Both the position numbers and the translations under genes were made by a program. From NCBI GenBank assembly GCA_016618085.1, contig JABLTG010000036.1, positions 62,001-126,000 of the forward strand: a stretch of DNA of 64,000 nucleotides, read 5' to 3'. This document shows positions 37,384 to 50,267 of this stretch, piece after piece. Under the pieces are notes generated by a model that searched no databases, had not been told where the DNA came from, and worked only from the letters and a program-made list of their open reading frames with translations. How positions within the stretch are numbered: position 1 is the stretch's first letter; each line of letters begins with the position of its first letter. Source of the DNA: Neovahlkampfia damariscottae. Taxonomy: Eukaryota.

Positions 37384-38917
37384 ATGGAGTGTATCTCTCA
37401 ATTTTTTATTTTATCCCTGAGAGGAGACAAAATCATCTATAAGGATTGTAATACTAGTCAAAAAAATTAATTTTAATTTTCTAAAAAAGTTCGGAGTGAT
37501 ATTTCAGGAGGTGTAGAAGAAATATTTTTTCGTAGATCAAAATCTTCAAAAGGAGATTTAGTTCCATGTTTTGTAATTAAAAAAAAATCAATTCAAATTT
37601 TTAAAAGAACGAAAAAGGAGTCAATTTTATTCACCTTAAAAGACAAAACATGTACTTTGTTTGTACTACAAGATATAATATTTCAGGTTTACTTGTACTT
37701 GAATATTTAGAACGTTTATGTGTTGTTTTACGTGATTTTATCGGTGTTGAATCAGAACAAAGTTATAGAAAGAACTTTTTATTGATTTATGAAATCTTGG
37801 ATGAAATTGCGGTATTTTTTTGAAACTAAATTAATTTTCTGATAGGATTATGGGTATATTCAAAATACAATGGGTTTAAAATATTTTGTCATCAACGAAC
37901 CAAACGAAGATTTGAGTTATGATTCAATTTTTACCTTACCAGTAAATACTGTTATCAACAACGTAAAAAAAAACCAAAGAAACTAAAACATTAAAAGTTG
38001 AGAAATAAAACAAAGTCATCACTTTCTGTCAGTCGTTCTGTCCATTCAAAGAATAATTCAAAAAATGAAGTATTTGTTGATGTTTTAGAAACAGTTCATT
38101 GTTTATTTTCAAATGGATCAATTGTAAGAGCAGAAGTTGTTGGTACAGTTGTTATGAAATCATATTTATTAGGTCAACCAACTTTAAGTTTTGCTTTAAA
38201 TGAAAATTTAGTAATTGGAAGACAAAATTCTTATGAATCAACTTATGGTGGATTATGTATTCTTGATTCTTGTAATTTCAGTGAAATATGTCAATTAAAT
38301 GAATTTTCAAATCAAAAAGTTATTAACCTTTGTCCACCTGAAGGTGAATTTACACTAATGAATTATAGAATCACAGCACCTTACAATATGCCTTTTAGAA
38401 TTGAAACATATCTTGATTATGCAAGTAAATATAAACTTGAAATGTCCATTAAGGTAAAATCAATATTCAAACTGTAATATTTTTGTCTAGCTCACTTCAA
38501 CTTATCCAAAAGCTACTGTTGCTTCAAAAGTACAAGTTTTGATTCCTGTTCCAAAAGTTACAAATACAATTAGTGTTGATCATGATAAAGCAAAGACATC
38601 AGTTGAATATGACTCCACAGAGAAAACAGCTCTTTGGGAAATTACAGCATTTCCAGGTGAAGAAGTTATCGAATGTAAAATCTCAATCTCTCTTACAAAT
38701 CCAATTATTGGTGATTTTAAAAAATCATGTGGTCCTATTTCAATGAAGTTTGAATTACCAGCGATGAATGTTTCAGATTTTCAAATTAAGTATCTCAAAG
38801 TTCGAGAACGAAGCAAATCCTACAGTCGTAAGTTTTTTTATTTGTATTAAAAATTACTCAGCATCAAGTTGGATTCGATATATTACACTTGCTGGTGATT
38901 ATTGCAGTAGATTTTAA
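37384..38917 (+). CDS. AP4M1: adaptor complex medium subunit, most like AP-4 mu
   Basis: ISQFFILSLRGDKIIYKDF, NFLLIYEILDE, KNEVFVDVLE, PPEGEFTLMNYR, WIRYIT; six short introns. Confidence 0.8.
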
Positions 38918-39047
38918 GTAAAAATTTAAAATTATTTTGTTCATCAAATTTGATTGGTTTTTATTTTCCCTCCAAAAACCGTTTAAAGAGACAGTTTGAT
39001 TGGCTGATTAAAACTGACGCAACAACAACTGACGCAAAACAAGCACG

Positions 39048-40463
39048 ATGTTTTCACAGAACTTCAACACAAACATATCCACATTTTTGGATCAAAATAT
39101 GGTAAGAAAAGTAAATATCTTACCTGTGATAGTATGAACCAACCTCAAGATTATCAGACATTGATTTTCTTATGAGCTCAAAACTTAAAATTTCCGACAC
39201 AAAATCACCATTTGAACCTGTAACACTTGAAAATTTTGATAATAGTCTTACAAATATAAATCAACAACTCTCAGAATTTGGATTTCCTGGTCCAGTTGTC
39301 CTTGAAGCAAACACAAATAATATTTTTGTTCTTGAAACTTTTATTGCAATGATATCACAGAAAAGAGTAATATACCTAATTTAAATTCTAATTAAATTTC
39401 AAAGTATGACAATGAAAAAATTGAAGAGCTCAAAGAAGATGTGAGAAGAAATGAATTAGATTTGAACAATACCACAAATAACTTGATTGATTTAGAAAGA
39501 AAATATAACAGAAAATTAAGTGAAATTGATCTTTTAAAGGACAATCATCGGTAAATTAAAGTTATAATCAATTAAATTTCAAAACAGAAACGAATTGAAA
39601 AGAGAACGTATCATGAAAGCAAAAGTATCAAAAGAACGCGATTCATACGCATTGAAATACAGAGATATGAAACAAAAACAAACTCAATATCATAATAAAT
39701 ACCTTCAAACCGAAAAAATATGCTCTTCACTTAAAGAAAAACTTCAAAGAGCTTTAAATGACAAAGGAATGAAAGAATCTGGAATGGGAATACTCAATGC
39801 AATTCCAAAGAATACTGTAAAACAAGATATAATGAAATCCACAATCATTCAAGCTTTAGAAGATGATTATGATGTGCTTTTAAAAGAAAATGAAGAAATG
39901 AGATCATACTTAAAAGGATTAAACGAAGAAATGGAAGAAATAAGAACATATTTCGAAAGAAAAACAACATCAAATTATAATATTCATCCTGGAATGTTTG
40001 ATTTACCATTTGAATCAGTCAAAGATTCAATAGAAGATTATTATCATTGTAAAATGGAAGCTATTTTAGAATTGATTGAAATTGATAAAGAAAATGAAAT
40101 CACATTAGATGAAATTCAAGAAAGACTTGATGAAGAATCTCTTTCTTATTTCGTTCAATTACAACAAAAAGTTGAAGATCAACTTGTTATTATTCAAGAA
40201 CAAGATAATTTATTACAACATTGTCTTGCTGACATACAAAATGAAGATGATTATTTTTCTGATTTAACTCAATCATTTACTGATAATTTGTAATTAACTT
40301 TTAATTTTATTCAAATTCTTTTCATAGAATCCAAACTGTTTCTGAAGACCATGAAAAAAAAATGAATCAATTCAAAAAAAACAAAAATGATGTTTTCAAG
40401 AAATTTACTCAACAAATGAATCAAGAAAATACTAGCTTTACAAATAATTCAATTTATTTTTAA
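39048..40463 (+). CDS. afadin/alpha-actinin-binding (ADIP/SSX2IP/Msd1-like) coiled-coil protein
   Basis: SLTNINQQLSEFGF N-terminal motif followed by long coiled coils and FDLPF; four introns. Confidence 0.6.
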
Positions 40464-40516
40464 TTAAAAATTTCTTCTTCTTGAATTTGGAATTGACCAA
40501 TCATTTTCCACCAATC

Positions 40517-42527
40517 ATGAGAAAAGAAAAAATTTCTGTTGAAGGTGATATACGCTTCGGAAATTATGATGTATATAGAACTTTAACGATCGCAAATAAG
40601 CTTCCACAATCACAGTTATCTTTGTCTTTTGGAATTCAATCAGCAGATGACTATTCTTGTTGTATATATCTTCAAAGACGTACAGGTGAACCTCAACGAG
40701 TCGTTTTGGTAATTTTTCAATGTATTTTGATTCAAATAGTTTTCAGATATCTATGACTTAAAACTAGAAACTGATGGACTTTCATTTAGAGTTATTGGAA
40801 ACGACAATCTTTTTGTGCTTTCAATGGACGAAAATGAAAGATCAGAAACGAAGATTGAAAAATTGTACCACATTATCATAAATATACAAAAGAACAATGA
40901 TATCCAATTCAAAGATTTTGATGAAAAAAAATCAAAAACAAGAGTATTCATGACGGACAAAAAAAGAAAAAAAACTACACAAAGATCAAACAAAGAAAAT
41001 GATCAAATATATCCACAGTATGGAAATGAAAATGATTCTAATGATGAATTTGAAATTGAAAAATCAAAAAAAAGACAAACAACGAGAAAACCACCAAAAA
41101 AGAAAAAAAAAGAACAAATGAATACTTTAGATAGTCATGGATTTGATTGTCAAAAATTAAGTGACCAAGAAGAAGAAGAACAAGAACAAGAACAAAAAAT
41201 AGAAAAAATTTTAAATTTTGATTCAAAAAAGAATGAATATTTGGTGAAATGGATCAATTCATCATCAACAACTTGGGAACCAAAATCAAAATTAAATTGT
41301 GAAAACTTGATCAAAGAATTTAATGACGAAAAAAAAAAAGAAAAAAAAGAAATTTTCATTATTGAAGATGAAGAAGAAACAAAAGAAAAAAGAACACTTA
41401 GTTTTTGGGATCGAGAGTTAATAAAAGAACAACAAAATAAAATAATAGATGATACTTTTGATTATGAAGATGAAACTATTAAAAATTCAGATGATGATTA
41501 TCAACCACCTGTTAGTTCACCTATTGATGATGATTTTTCATTTTCAGGTCAAATTACAATGGATGACTATCTACCTGCAAGAAGAGAAACAAGAAGTTCA
41601 AAAAAAGTATATCAAGAAGAAGAAGGTTTTGAAAATCTTGGAAATACTTGTTATATGAATTCAATTCTTTTTGCACTTTCAAATTTAGAAAATTTTAAAA
41701 AAAATTTGAAAAATGAAAAATTTGATTCAAATAATGAGAAATATAAAATCATGTCACTTTTGAAAAAATTAATTTTTAATTTAAAAGGGAATAAATGTAC
41801 AGAATTAGAGGATTTAAAAAAGATTATTGAAAAAAAGAATAATCAATTTACAGGACATAGTCAACAAGATGCTCATGAATTTTTAATGACTTGTTGTAAT
41901 TTTATTTCAGAGTTTGATTTAGGTGTTGAATGTCCAATTGATTTAAATTTTAATTTTGAAGTTATCAAAACATTTTATTGTACAAAATGTAAAGATTCAT
42001 CAATTAAAGAAGAATCATTTATTGATATTATTTTAAATTTAAATGAAGAAAAGAATGTTTCAAATTTATTAGATTCATTCTTTAAAACTGAAAATTTAGA
42101 AAAAAAATGTGAAAAATGTAATCATAGAGAATCAACTGTAACCTATGAAATTAAAAAATTACCAAAATGTTTCATTTTACAATTAAAAAGATTTGAACCT
42201 AATATTGTTAATAATGAATTTATAGGTTTAAAAAAAGTAAAAGAAGAAATTGAAATTATGAATCAACTTGATTTTGAAAAATTTTGTAAAATCAACGTTG
42301 GTGAAAAAGAAGAAATTAAAAATATATTTGATTTAAAATCAATTATTGTCCATAGTGGATCATCACCAAATAGTGGACATTATACTTGTTATATTAAAAA
42401 TTCAGATGAAATTTGGTATGAATGTAATGATAATGTAATTACAAAACAAAGAAAACATGAACCTGTTTTAAAAGATAAAATGATAAAAAAGAATGCATAT
42501 ATTTTATTTTATGAAATAAATGAGTGA
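40517..42527 (+). CDS. ubiquitin-specific protease (C19) with chromodomain
   Basis: Cys box GFENLGNTCYMNSIL, QQDAHEFL, His box IVHSGSSPNSGHY; chromodomain IEKIL...EYLVKW...TWEPKSKL; 31-nt intron near 40709-40739. Confidence 0.9.
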
Positions 42528-42556
42528 AAAAAAAAAGATATTAATTTTTTAAATGA

Positions 42557-44900
42557 TTAAGCTAAATATTGATAAAAATTTCTATCATCTTCTGATCTTT
42601 CTAAATATTCTCTATCAATTAAAGATTCAATTCTTTTTTTAATCATTTCTGGGGAAGGCATAAAACGACTTGAAAGTTGTTGAGTTGCTTCTAATACTAA
42701 TTGTCTATGTTCTAATTTTTTTCTCATTTTCATAATTCTAACAATTACAGCATCTAAAACCCATTTTCTTTCTTCATTAATTTTTTCATTTGTTTCTTTA
42801 TTTTGTTCATTTGATTCTTTCATAACAACAGGTAATATTTTAACTTTAATCAGTTTTGAAGTAAAATCTTCATTTGGAATAAAAACAGTATCACCATCAA
42901 TTTCTTTTTTTTCTTTTGATTCTCTTAATAATAATTTTGAATTTGAATTTTCTTTATCAGTTGCTAAACATAAAGCAATTAAATTTTTTTTTAAATCATT
43001 TGATGGAATTTTTGTATCATTTAATAAATCAGAAAAAGTAATTTTTTTTTTTTGATTAAACCTTAACATGATACCCATTTGATAAGTTGAAACAGTTAAT
43101 TCATATTTTTTTTGATAACCATTTGCTCTTATATCAGCTGTACCCATATTATACATCCAAGTTAATCTTCTACCTGAATATTTTGCTAAATAATATTCTT
43201 TAAAAATTGAACAACCATCTTGAATATATTGTGGTAATTCTAATCTTGCATTTGATGAAACAGGCCAACATCCATGAGTTAATACTTGAACTGTTAATTC
43301 AATTTCAGGTTTCTTTTCTAATTTTAATTGATAATCTTTCCATTCTTGATTTATATCTTTTGATATCTTTACATCTTTAAACATACCTTCTAATTTTGCT
43401 GTAAATTGATATCCAAACTCTTTTTTTAATTTTGAAATGAATAATTTTTCAGCATCATCTGAAGCACTTCTTTGTGATAATAATCTCTTTGCTAAATGAT
43501 TTTTATAATATTCATGAAATGCATCTTTTTCTTTAATATGTCTAAATAATAAAATGATTCTATCAAAAAAATAATCTTGATCTTTATCTTCTAATTGATT
43601 CTTTCCTTTTTTTAATTTTTTATCCAATAAAAGTGATAAATATTCAGGTACTCTTTTATTTGTATTTACTATAATATCAAATGAATCTTTTATAGCTTTT
43701 GAAAATTCTTTATCTCTAATCTTAACATCTTTAATTTGTTTAGAAAATGATTTTAATAATAATTCATCATATTTAACACGTAAATCAATAATATTATCAA
43801 TTAATTCTAATGGATTTCTATCTTTTTGTTCATCTTTTACAATTAATAATCCTTCATTAATTGTATATTCTTTTAACATTTCAATAGTTGGATTTAATGC
43901 TCCTTCAACTAAACTTAAAACATCAAAAACTAATTTTAATTCTTCAGTTCTTTCATCTTTTAACATATTTAAAACTCCTGTATTTTCTTTTTTTATAACT
44001 AATTCTTTATATTTTTCAATCATTTCTTCTTTTAATACATTTTGAATTTTTTCATTGGTATCAAAATCTAAACATTTCTCTGCTCTATCAATTTCTTCTT
44101 TGATTCGATTTTTAACTTTTAAAAGATATTGTGGTGCTGTTGATGAATCAAAAAATATTTGTGCTTCTTTTCCATAAAATTTATGACTTTCATTAAGAAA
44201 ATCATTTTCAAAAATTGGAATATAAACTATCCATTTTTAGAAAAATTTTAATTTTTTTTTACCAGTTTCTTTATCAACTTCTGACATCATTTGTGATAAA
44301 TTTTTGATTAAAAATCTGTTAATAATTTCTTCACCATCTCTTTCTTTTTGAATTATTCTCAACATTAATTTTTTTATTTTTCCACCTAATTTTAATAAAA
44401 CTTCTTCTTTGAATGCATTAATTACAACATCATAAACTGCTAATAATTTCTTTTCATGACCTGATTTTTTTTCAACATAATTTTCATCCTTTTTTTTTTT
44501 TAGAAAGAAGTAAAAAAAAGTTACCAAGTATAAAAGTAAGTCTTTGATAATGCTAGCTGATTTTCTAACAATATCCCATTTTAATAAAAGGTTGTTTAAA
44601 AAAGATTCATCGAGTTGTGAGGACATTTGAATTCCAATTTCTTTATTATGAAAAGTTATAATCTTTTGAGCATTAGAATATAACATTTCACCATATTTAT
44701 TTGTAACCAACTTCCATGCAACACTGGTTTTTTTTTAATTTTTTTTTTTTTTTTTACTCATAAAGTTTTCTGTAATTCATACCAGATGCTTTTTGTGAAA
44801 AAATATCATCAAGAGCATCTTTTAAAATGTTCCATTCTTTGTCTGCATCTTGTTTTGAAAGTCCATTTATTTGTTGTTTGATGTGGGTTGGGATTATCAT
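42557..44900 (-). CDS. cullin (cullin-3-like), copy A
   Basis: KDAFHEYYKNHLAKRLL, KLEGMFKD, GRRLTW, neddylation motif IVRIMKMRK, IESLIDREYLER; three introns. Confidence 0.92.
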
Positions 44901-45088
44901 TTTGATTGGTAGGCTAAAAATAAACGGTTAACAAATTAGAATATTGTGCTAAAATCAAACTTTTATAATACTTCAAAAATCTATGTATTCCAAAATTCCA
45001 AAAAATTATAAAATGATTGGTTCTTTGACATTTAACCAATCAACTCTTCCTTTATTTTTGGATTTGAAAAACTAAACAAAACGAGAAG

Positions 45089-47558
45089 ATGTTTATTAAA
45101 ATTTGACATACTTATTTTTAAAAGGTTTGGGAAAAAGGGTAAATTAAATATTCCAAAATCTATGTTGAAACAAATACAAGACGTTTCTCAAGAAGATGCA
45201 GAAAAAGAGTTCAATGTTATAAAACAAACTATTGATGATATTTTTTATCAAAGAGCATCAACAGTTGATTTAAAAAAATTATTTGAGTAAATCAATATAA
45301 CTTTTTAAAAAAAAAAGAATTGTTTGGAATTTAGTTTCGCATAAATATGGTGGTTTTGTTTATGAAGAAACTGAAAAAGTGATCAATAATCATTTAAAAG
45401 AAATTGGTCAAAAATTAAGTTCAAGTAATGAAAACTTTTTGAAATTGGCTTTACAAGAATGGCAAAAATTGAGCAGAAATGAAAAAATGGTTTCTGAAAT
45501 TTTAATGAAAGTTGTAAGTCAAAATATATATAAATTTATTATAGGATACTGATTATGCTGAAAAACAAAAAAAACTTCCTTCTCTTAAAAAAGTTACACT
45601 AACAGCTTTTAGAACTCAAATTCTTCAAAATTATTCAAAAAAGATTCAACTTTTAATGATGGATGTAATTCAAAAAGAAAGAGATGGAGAAGGAGTTACT
45701 GATCGTTCTTTAGTTGTTGGTTTAACTCAAATGTTAATTGAACTTGATAAAGGTGTTGATGATAAAGAAAAGAAAGCATATACATCAATATTTGAAGATG
45801 AATTTTTAACACAATCAAGAAGTTATTTTAGAAAAGAAGCATCAAATTATTTTGAAATTGCAACTGCAACACAATATTTGGAAAGAGTTAGAAATAGATT
45901 AAAAGAAGAACAAGAAAGAACAAGGTAAACAAAAATTATAATCCTTTTTTTTTAATTCATCTTTAGTGCATGTGCTGATGTTGGTACACCTGCTAAAATT
46001 CAAAGAGTTATTTTAGAAGAATTTGTTGAAAGATATAAAGAAGCATTAGTTAAAAAGAATGGATCTGGTGTTTTAATAATGTTGTTAAATAATAATATTG
46101 AAGAGTTAAAACTTGTTTATGAAGTTTTATCACTTGTTGAAGGAGCTCTTGGACCAACTATTGATATGTTAAAAGAACAAGCATTAAAAGAAGGAAAAGC
46201 AATTGTAAAAGATCCAGAAAATGATAAAGTACCTCAAAATTTAGTTGTTCAATTAAAAGATTTGTAAGTTCAATGAAAAAGAATAACCTTTTTTTAGACG
46301 TTCAAAATATGAAAAATTATTAAATGAAGCATTTTCTAAACAAGCAAAAGGAAATAAAAGAGTACAAGATCCATCATTTGTAAAAGTTGTTAAAGAAGCA
46401 TTTGATGAAACTGTAAATGAAAATGAAAGATTTGCTGAATATTTATCATTATATATTGATAAAAAAATACGTAAAGGAAAAGAACAAGTTGAAGAAAATG
46501 ATGCAGATAAATTATTTTCTGAATTATTATTAGTGTTAAAACATTTATCAGACAAAGATTTATTTTTAGAATATTATAAAAATCATTTAGCTAAAAGATT
46601 ATTAACTGAAGCAGAAACACCAGATGATGATAATGAAAAGACATTATTAACAAAATTAAAACAAGATTATGGATTTGCATTTACAAATAAACTTGAAGGA
46701 ATGATTAAAGATTTAAAGACATCTGAAATATTAAAAGATGATTGGAAGAGATATATTACAGAATATTCAAAAAAGAAAGGAACTGAATCACCACCATTTG
46801 ATTTATTAGTTCAAGTTTTAACATATGGTTATTGGCCTGCTGTTAAAACATCAACTTTAGTTTTACCTTCTTATTGTCAATTAGCATCAAGAAATTATGA
46901 TAGTTTTTATGGTGAAAAATTTGATGGTAGAAGATTAATGTGGATGTACAGTATGGGTACAGGTGATTTAAAAGCAAATGGTTATTCAAAGAAATTTGAA
47001 TTTACTGTTTCAACTTTTCAAGTTGGTATTTTATTATCTTTTAATGATTCAAAATCAATTTCATTTTCTGAATTTATTGATTTATTAAAAATACCTGCTG
47101 ATTCATTAAAATCATCATTAGCTCAATTAACTGCTCCTACAGATAAAGAAGATGTTTCAAATTCAAAAATATTATTACATGATGCAAAAAAAGATAAAAA
47201 TGGAAAATTATCTTTTAATGGTGAAACTAAATTTACACCAAATGAATCATTTTCAAATAAATCTATAAAAGTTAAAATTGGTACAAGTGCAACAAAATCA
47301 ACTACTCAACAAAATGCAGAAACTTTAAAAAAAGTTAATGATGATAGAAAATTAGCAACTCAAGCTGCAATTGTTAGAGTTATGAAAATGAGAAAAACTT
47401 TGTCACATAAAGATCTTGTTAATGAACTTAGACAACAATTAAATTCATATTTTCAACCTTCTTTAAGAATGGTTACAGAAGCTATTGGATTTTTAATTGA
47501 TTCAGATTATTTAGCAAGAGATGAAGATGATTCTTCTCGTTATATTTATGTTCCATAA
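45089..47558 (+). CDS. cullin (cullin-3-like), copy B
   Basis: KDLFLEYYKNHLAKRLL, KLEGMIKD, IVRVMKMRK; five introns, the first apparently splitting the ATG (alternative start at the downstream in-frame ATG 45162). Confidence 0.9.
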
Positions 47559-47777
47559 AATAAAGTTTTTTTTGTCGATTATTTTCAATCTTCTCTTGGA
47601 ATTGGGAAGAATTTGATTGGGTAATTTGGTTTATTCCCATAATAATTAATGGCAAAACTTTGCACCGTATTTAAGCTTTGAAAGGAGACTAAAAATATTA
47701 CTGGTACTCCGGTAGATGGAGTTGTGATGTTGACGGTGAAATTGCCGATTGATGTTGGGACTTCATTTTTTCGATTT

Positions 47778-48756
47778 TTAATTTTTATTTAATAAAACAC
47801 ACAATTTCAACCATTGAATTAAATTATTACATTCTTGTTGATCTTTTAATTTAAAAGTCCATTTCTTCTTTAAATTATAAATCACAAAAATATTGTTTTT
47901 AATTTTTGAAATTGATGCAGAATTTAATTGTATCATTGAATTCTCTTTTACTTCTTTATTTCTATTAAATTGATCAATACTTGAATATAAATTCAATTTA
48001 AAATCTCTTGTTAAAACTAAATAACATTTTTTCCATGGTTTAAGTAAATTATTTGATGATTTAAAAATAGATTTTTGTATCAAATAGTCTTTCGATAAAA
48101 AATTTGGAATCATTACTTTGATCAAATTTTCAATATTTTCAATGCTTAATGAATTTTTTCCATTTTGAATTTCGAAATCAATTTCAAATCTTTCGTCTTG
48201 AAATATTTCATTTCCACTTTCTATTGTAAATTTACAGATTTTTTCAAAAACTTCAGAATTGTTTTCGCACTTTTTAATTAACATTTCCGAGAATTTTAAT
48301 TTCTTTTCTTCATTTTTTAAAATGGTTTCCAATTTTTTATAACATAATTTTTTGGCTATTTCATAATGTTCTTCTTTGGAATTTAAATTATTTACAATGC
48401 AACTACATATATCAACTAATAAATCTATTTCATTTTTTTCATTCATTCTTTCTTCAAAATACTTGATTCAAGTTTTAAAGTAAAATTGTTTTTTTTTTTA
48501 CATTTTTGACTTTTGATGTCATGAAGGAATCTAATCCAAATGATGATTTATATATTGGATTTATATTAAATATACATACATCTTCCCTTGTTATTGGATC
48601 AGTTTCATTTTCTTTTATCCATTGAACTAAATTATGTTTTTCATAAATTTTTCCATTCAAAATCACTGGTTCTGAAAAGATTAGTTCAGTAAATACTGTG
48701 TCTATGTAAAACAAAGGTACGTCAGAATCTGCAGAAAATAATTCTTCCAAAGACAT
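47778..48756 (-). CDS. U-box + PH domain protein
   Basis: VPLFYIDTVFTELIFSEPVILNGKIYEK...WIKENETDPITRE (U-box); KPWKKCYLVL...LIQWLKL (PH); ATG 48756; one intron. Confidence 0.75.
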
Positions 48757-48971
48757 CAAGTCAACTATCAAATGTATTTGTCCAATGAAACTCTTTCTAG
48801 ATCTATTTTTAAAATAACAAATAAACAACTTAAAATTCAAGTTATAGTGATGAAAATATCTATAGTTATGATCCAGTGTGTCATTCACTTTGCCAGAAGT
48901 TGAATTTATATCAAAATTCAAATGTAAATTCTGATTGAAGTTTGAAAGATTTTTATTGGTTTGGTCATCAG

Positions 48972-50239
48972 ATGAAAACAAAAGTTGTGATTTTTTCATT
49001 GTACGCAGTGGCAATTCTACTTCGTTTATATTTTCCACTTGACAGATTTTCATCAGGAATTGAAATTGTTTCACCTGTAACCTCTTCAAAAAGACGTAAA
49101 AAAAAAAATCACTAAAAAAACTTTGTAAAAAGTTCAAGAAGGTATATATTACATAAATGAATTAAAACAATCACCATACCCATTTACACCTATACCACCA
49201 TTAATTTTATTATTGTTTTCAAAAATACCTTCAAATTTAACAAAATACTTTTTTGTTTTAATAGATATCATTATTGGTGGTTTATTTTTTCTTTTGAATC
49301 AAAAAAAATCAAAAGAATTTGAAACTAAATTACATCCTCATTTATTATCATTAATGTAATTAAAACGATTCAAAAAAACTAAAAATACTTTTTTTTCCAG
49401 TTTTTTACTGAACCCAATAACGATAGCCACTTGTCAACAACAAAACTTAGTAGTTTTTGAACATTTAACATTGATACTATTTTTAATATTTCAAGACAAT
49501 GCTATACTAAATAGTTTATTTATTTCATTTGGTTCATATTTTTCAATTTATCCAATAATACTATTAGTACCCTTTTTTATTAGTCTTAACATTTATTAGA
49601 TTTCATGTAAATCCATTTTAAAATCAACTTTATTTTTCATATTTTGGTCATTCAATTTATTTTATTCTTCATTTTTAGTAATGGGTTCAAATTGGGATTT
49701 TTTAAATATTTATTTAAATAGATTACAAATAATTGATCTAACACCAAATTATGGAATATTTTGGTACTTTTTTATTTTAGTTTTTGAACAATTTCAATTT
49801 TTCTTTTTATTCGTTTTTAATTTTCATTTATTGGTTCTATTAATACCACTTTATATTAAGTTTAAGTAAATTTAAAAAATATTTTAAATTAAAAAAGAAA
49901 TGATAAATTCTTATTAGCATTTATATTAATTGCTAGTATTTCAATTTTTAATCCATATCCAACATTTTCTCATTCAACTTTTTATTTAACTATTTTTATT
50001 TTATTTATTGATTCAATCAAAAAATTACAATCTGGAATTTACTATTTTTTTACTTTTCTTATTGGAATGACATTAGGTCCTGTTTTATTTAATACATGGG
50101 TAAAAATCATTCACTTTTTTTTTAATTATTATAGATTTATAAAGGAACTGGAAATGCTAATTTCTTTTATTTTGTAACTTGGTTCTATACGTTATGTCAA
50201 ATTAGAATTTTAATTGAATTCATAAAAATAAAAAATTAA
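48972..50239 (+). CDS. PIGU: GPI transamidase subunit PIG-U
   Basis: EIVSPVTSSKR|LQEG...SPY, DLTPNYGIFWYFFILVFEQF, FNPYPT, W|IYKGTGNANFFY; five introns. Confidence 0.88.
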
Positions 50240-50267
50240 AAAGGGAACAAAGAGTTTATAATTTTAT

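Noticed and set aside
47585..47600. Minus-strand AGAGAAGATT resembling the U6 ACAGAGA box
   Set aside because: Lacks ACAGAGA itself, the AGC triad and the U6 internal stem-loop; chance match.
47722..47760. GTGA...AAA hairpin resembling a SECIS after cullin B
   Set aside because: The 3' GA is not in register to form the quartet, and the cullin has no in-frame TGA.
48756..49137. Apparent overlap of the U-box ORF with PIG-U
   Set aside because: The ORF-track extension starts at TTG; the first ATG with a CCAAT box is 48756, so the genes are simply divergent.
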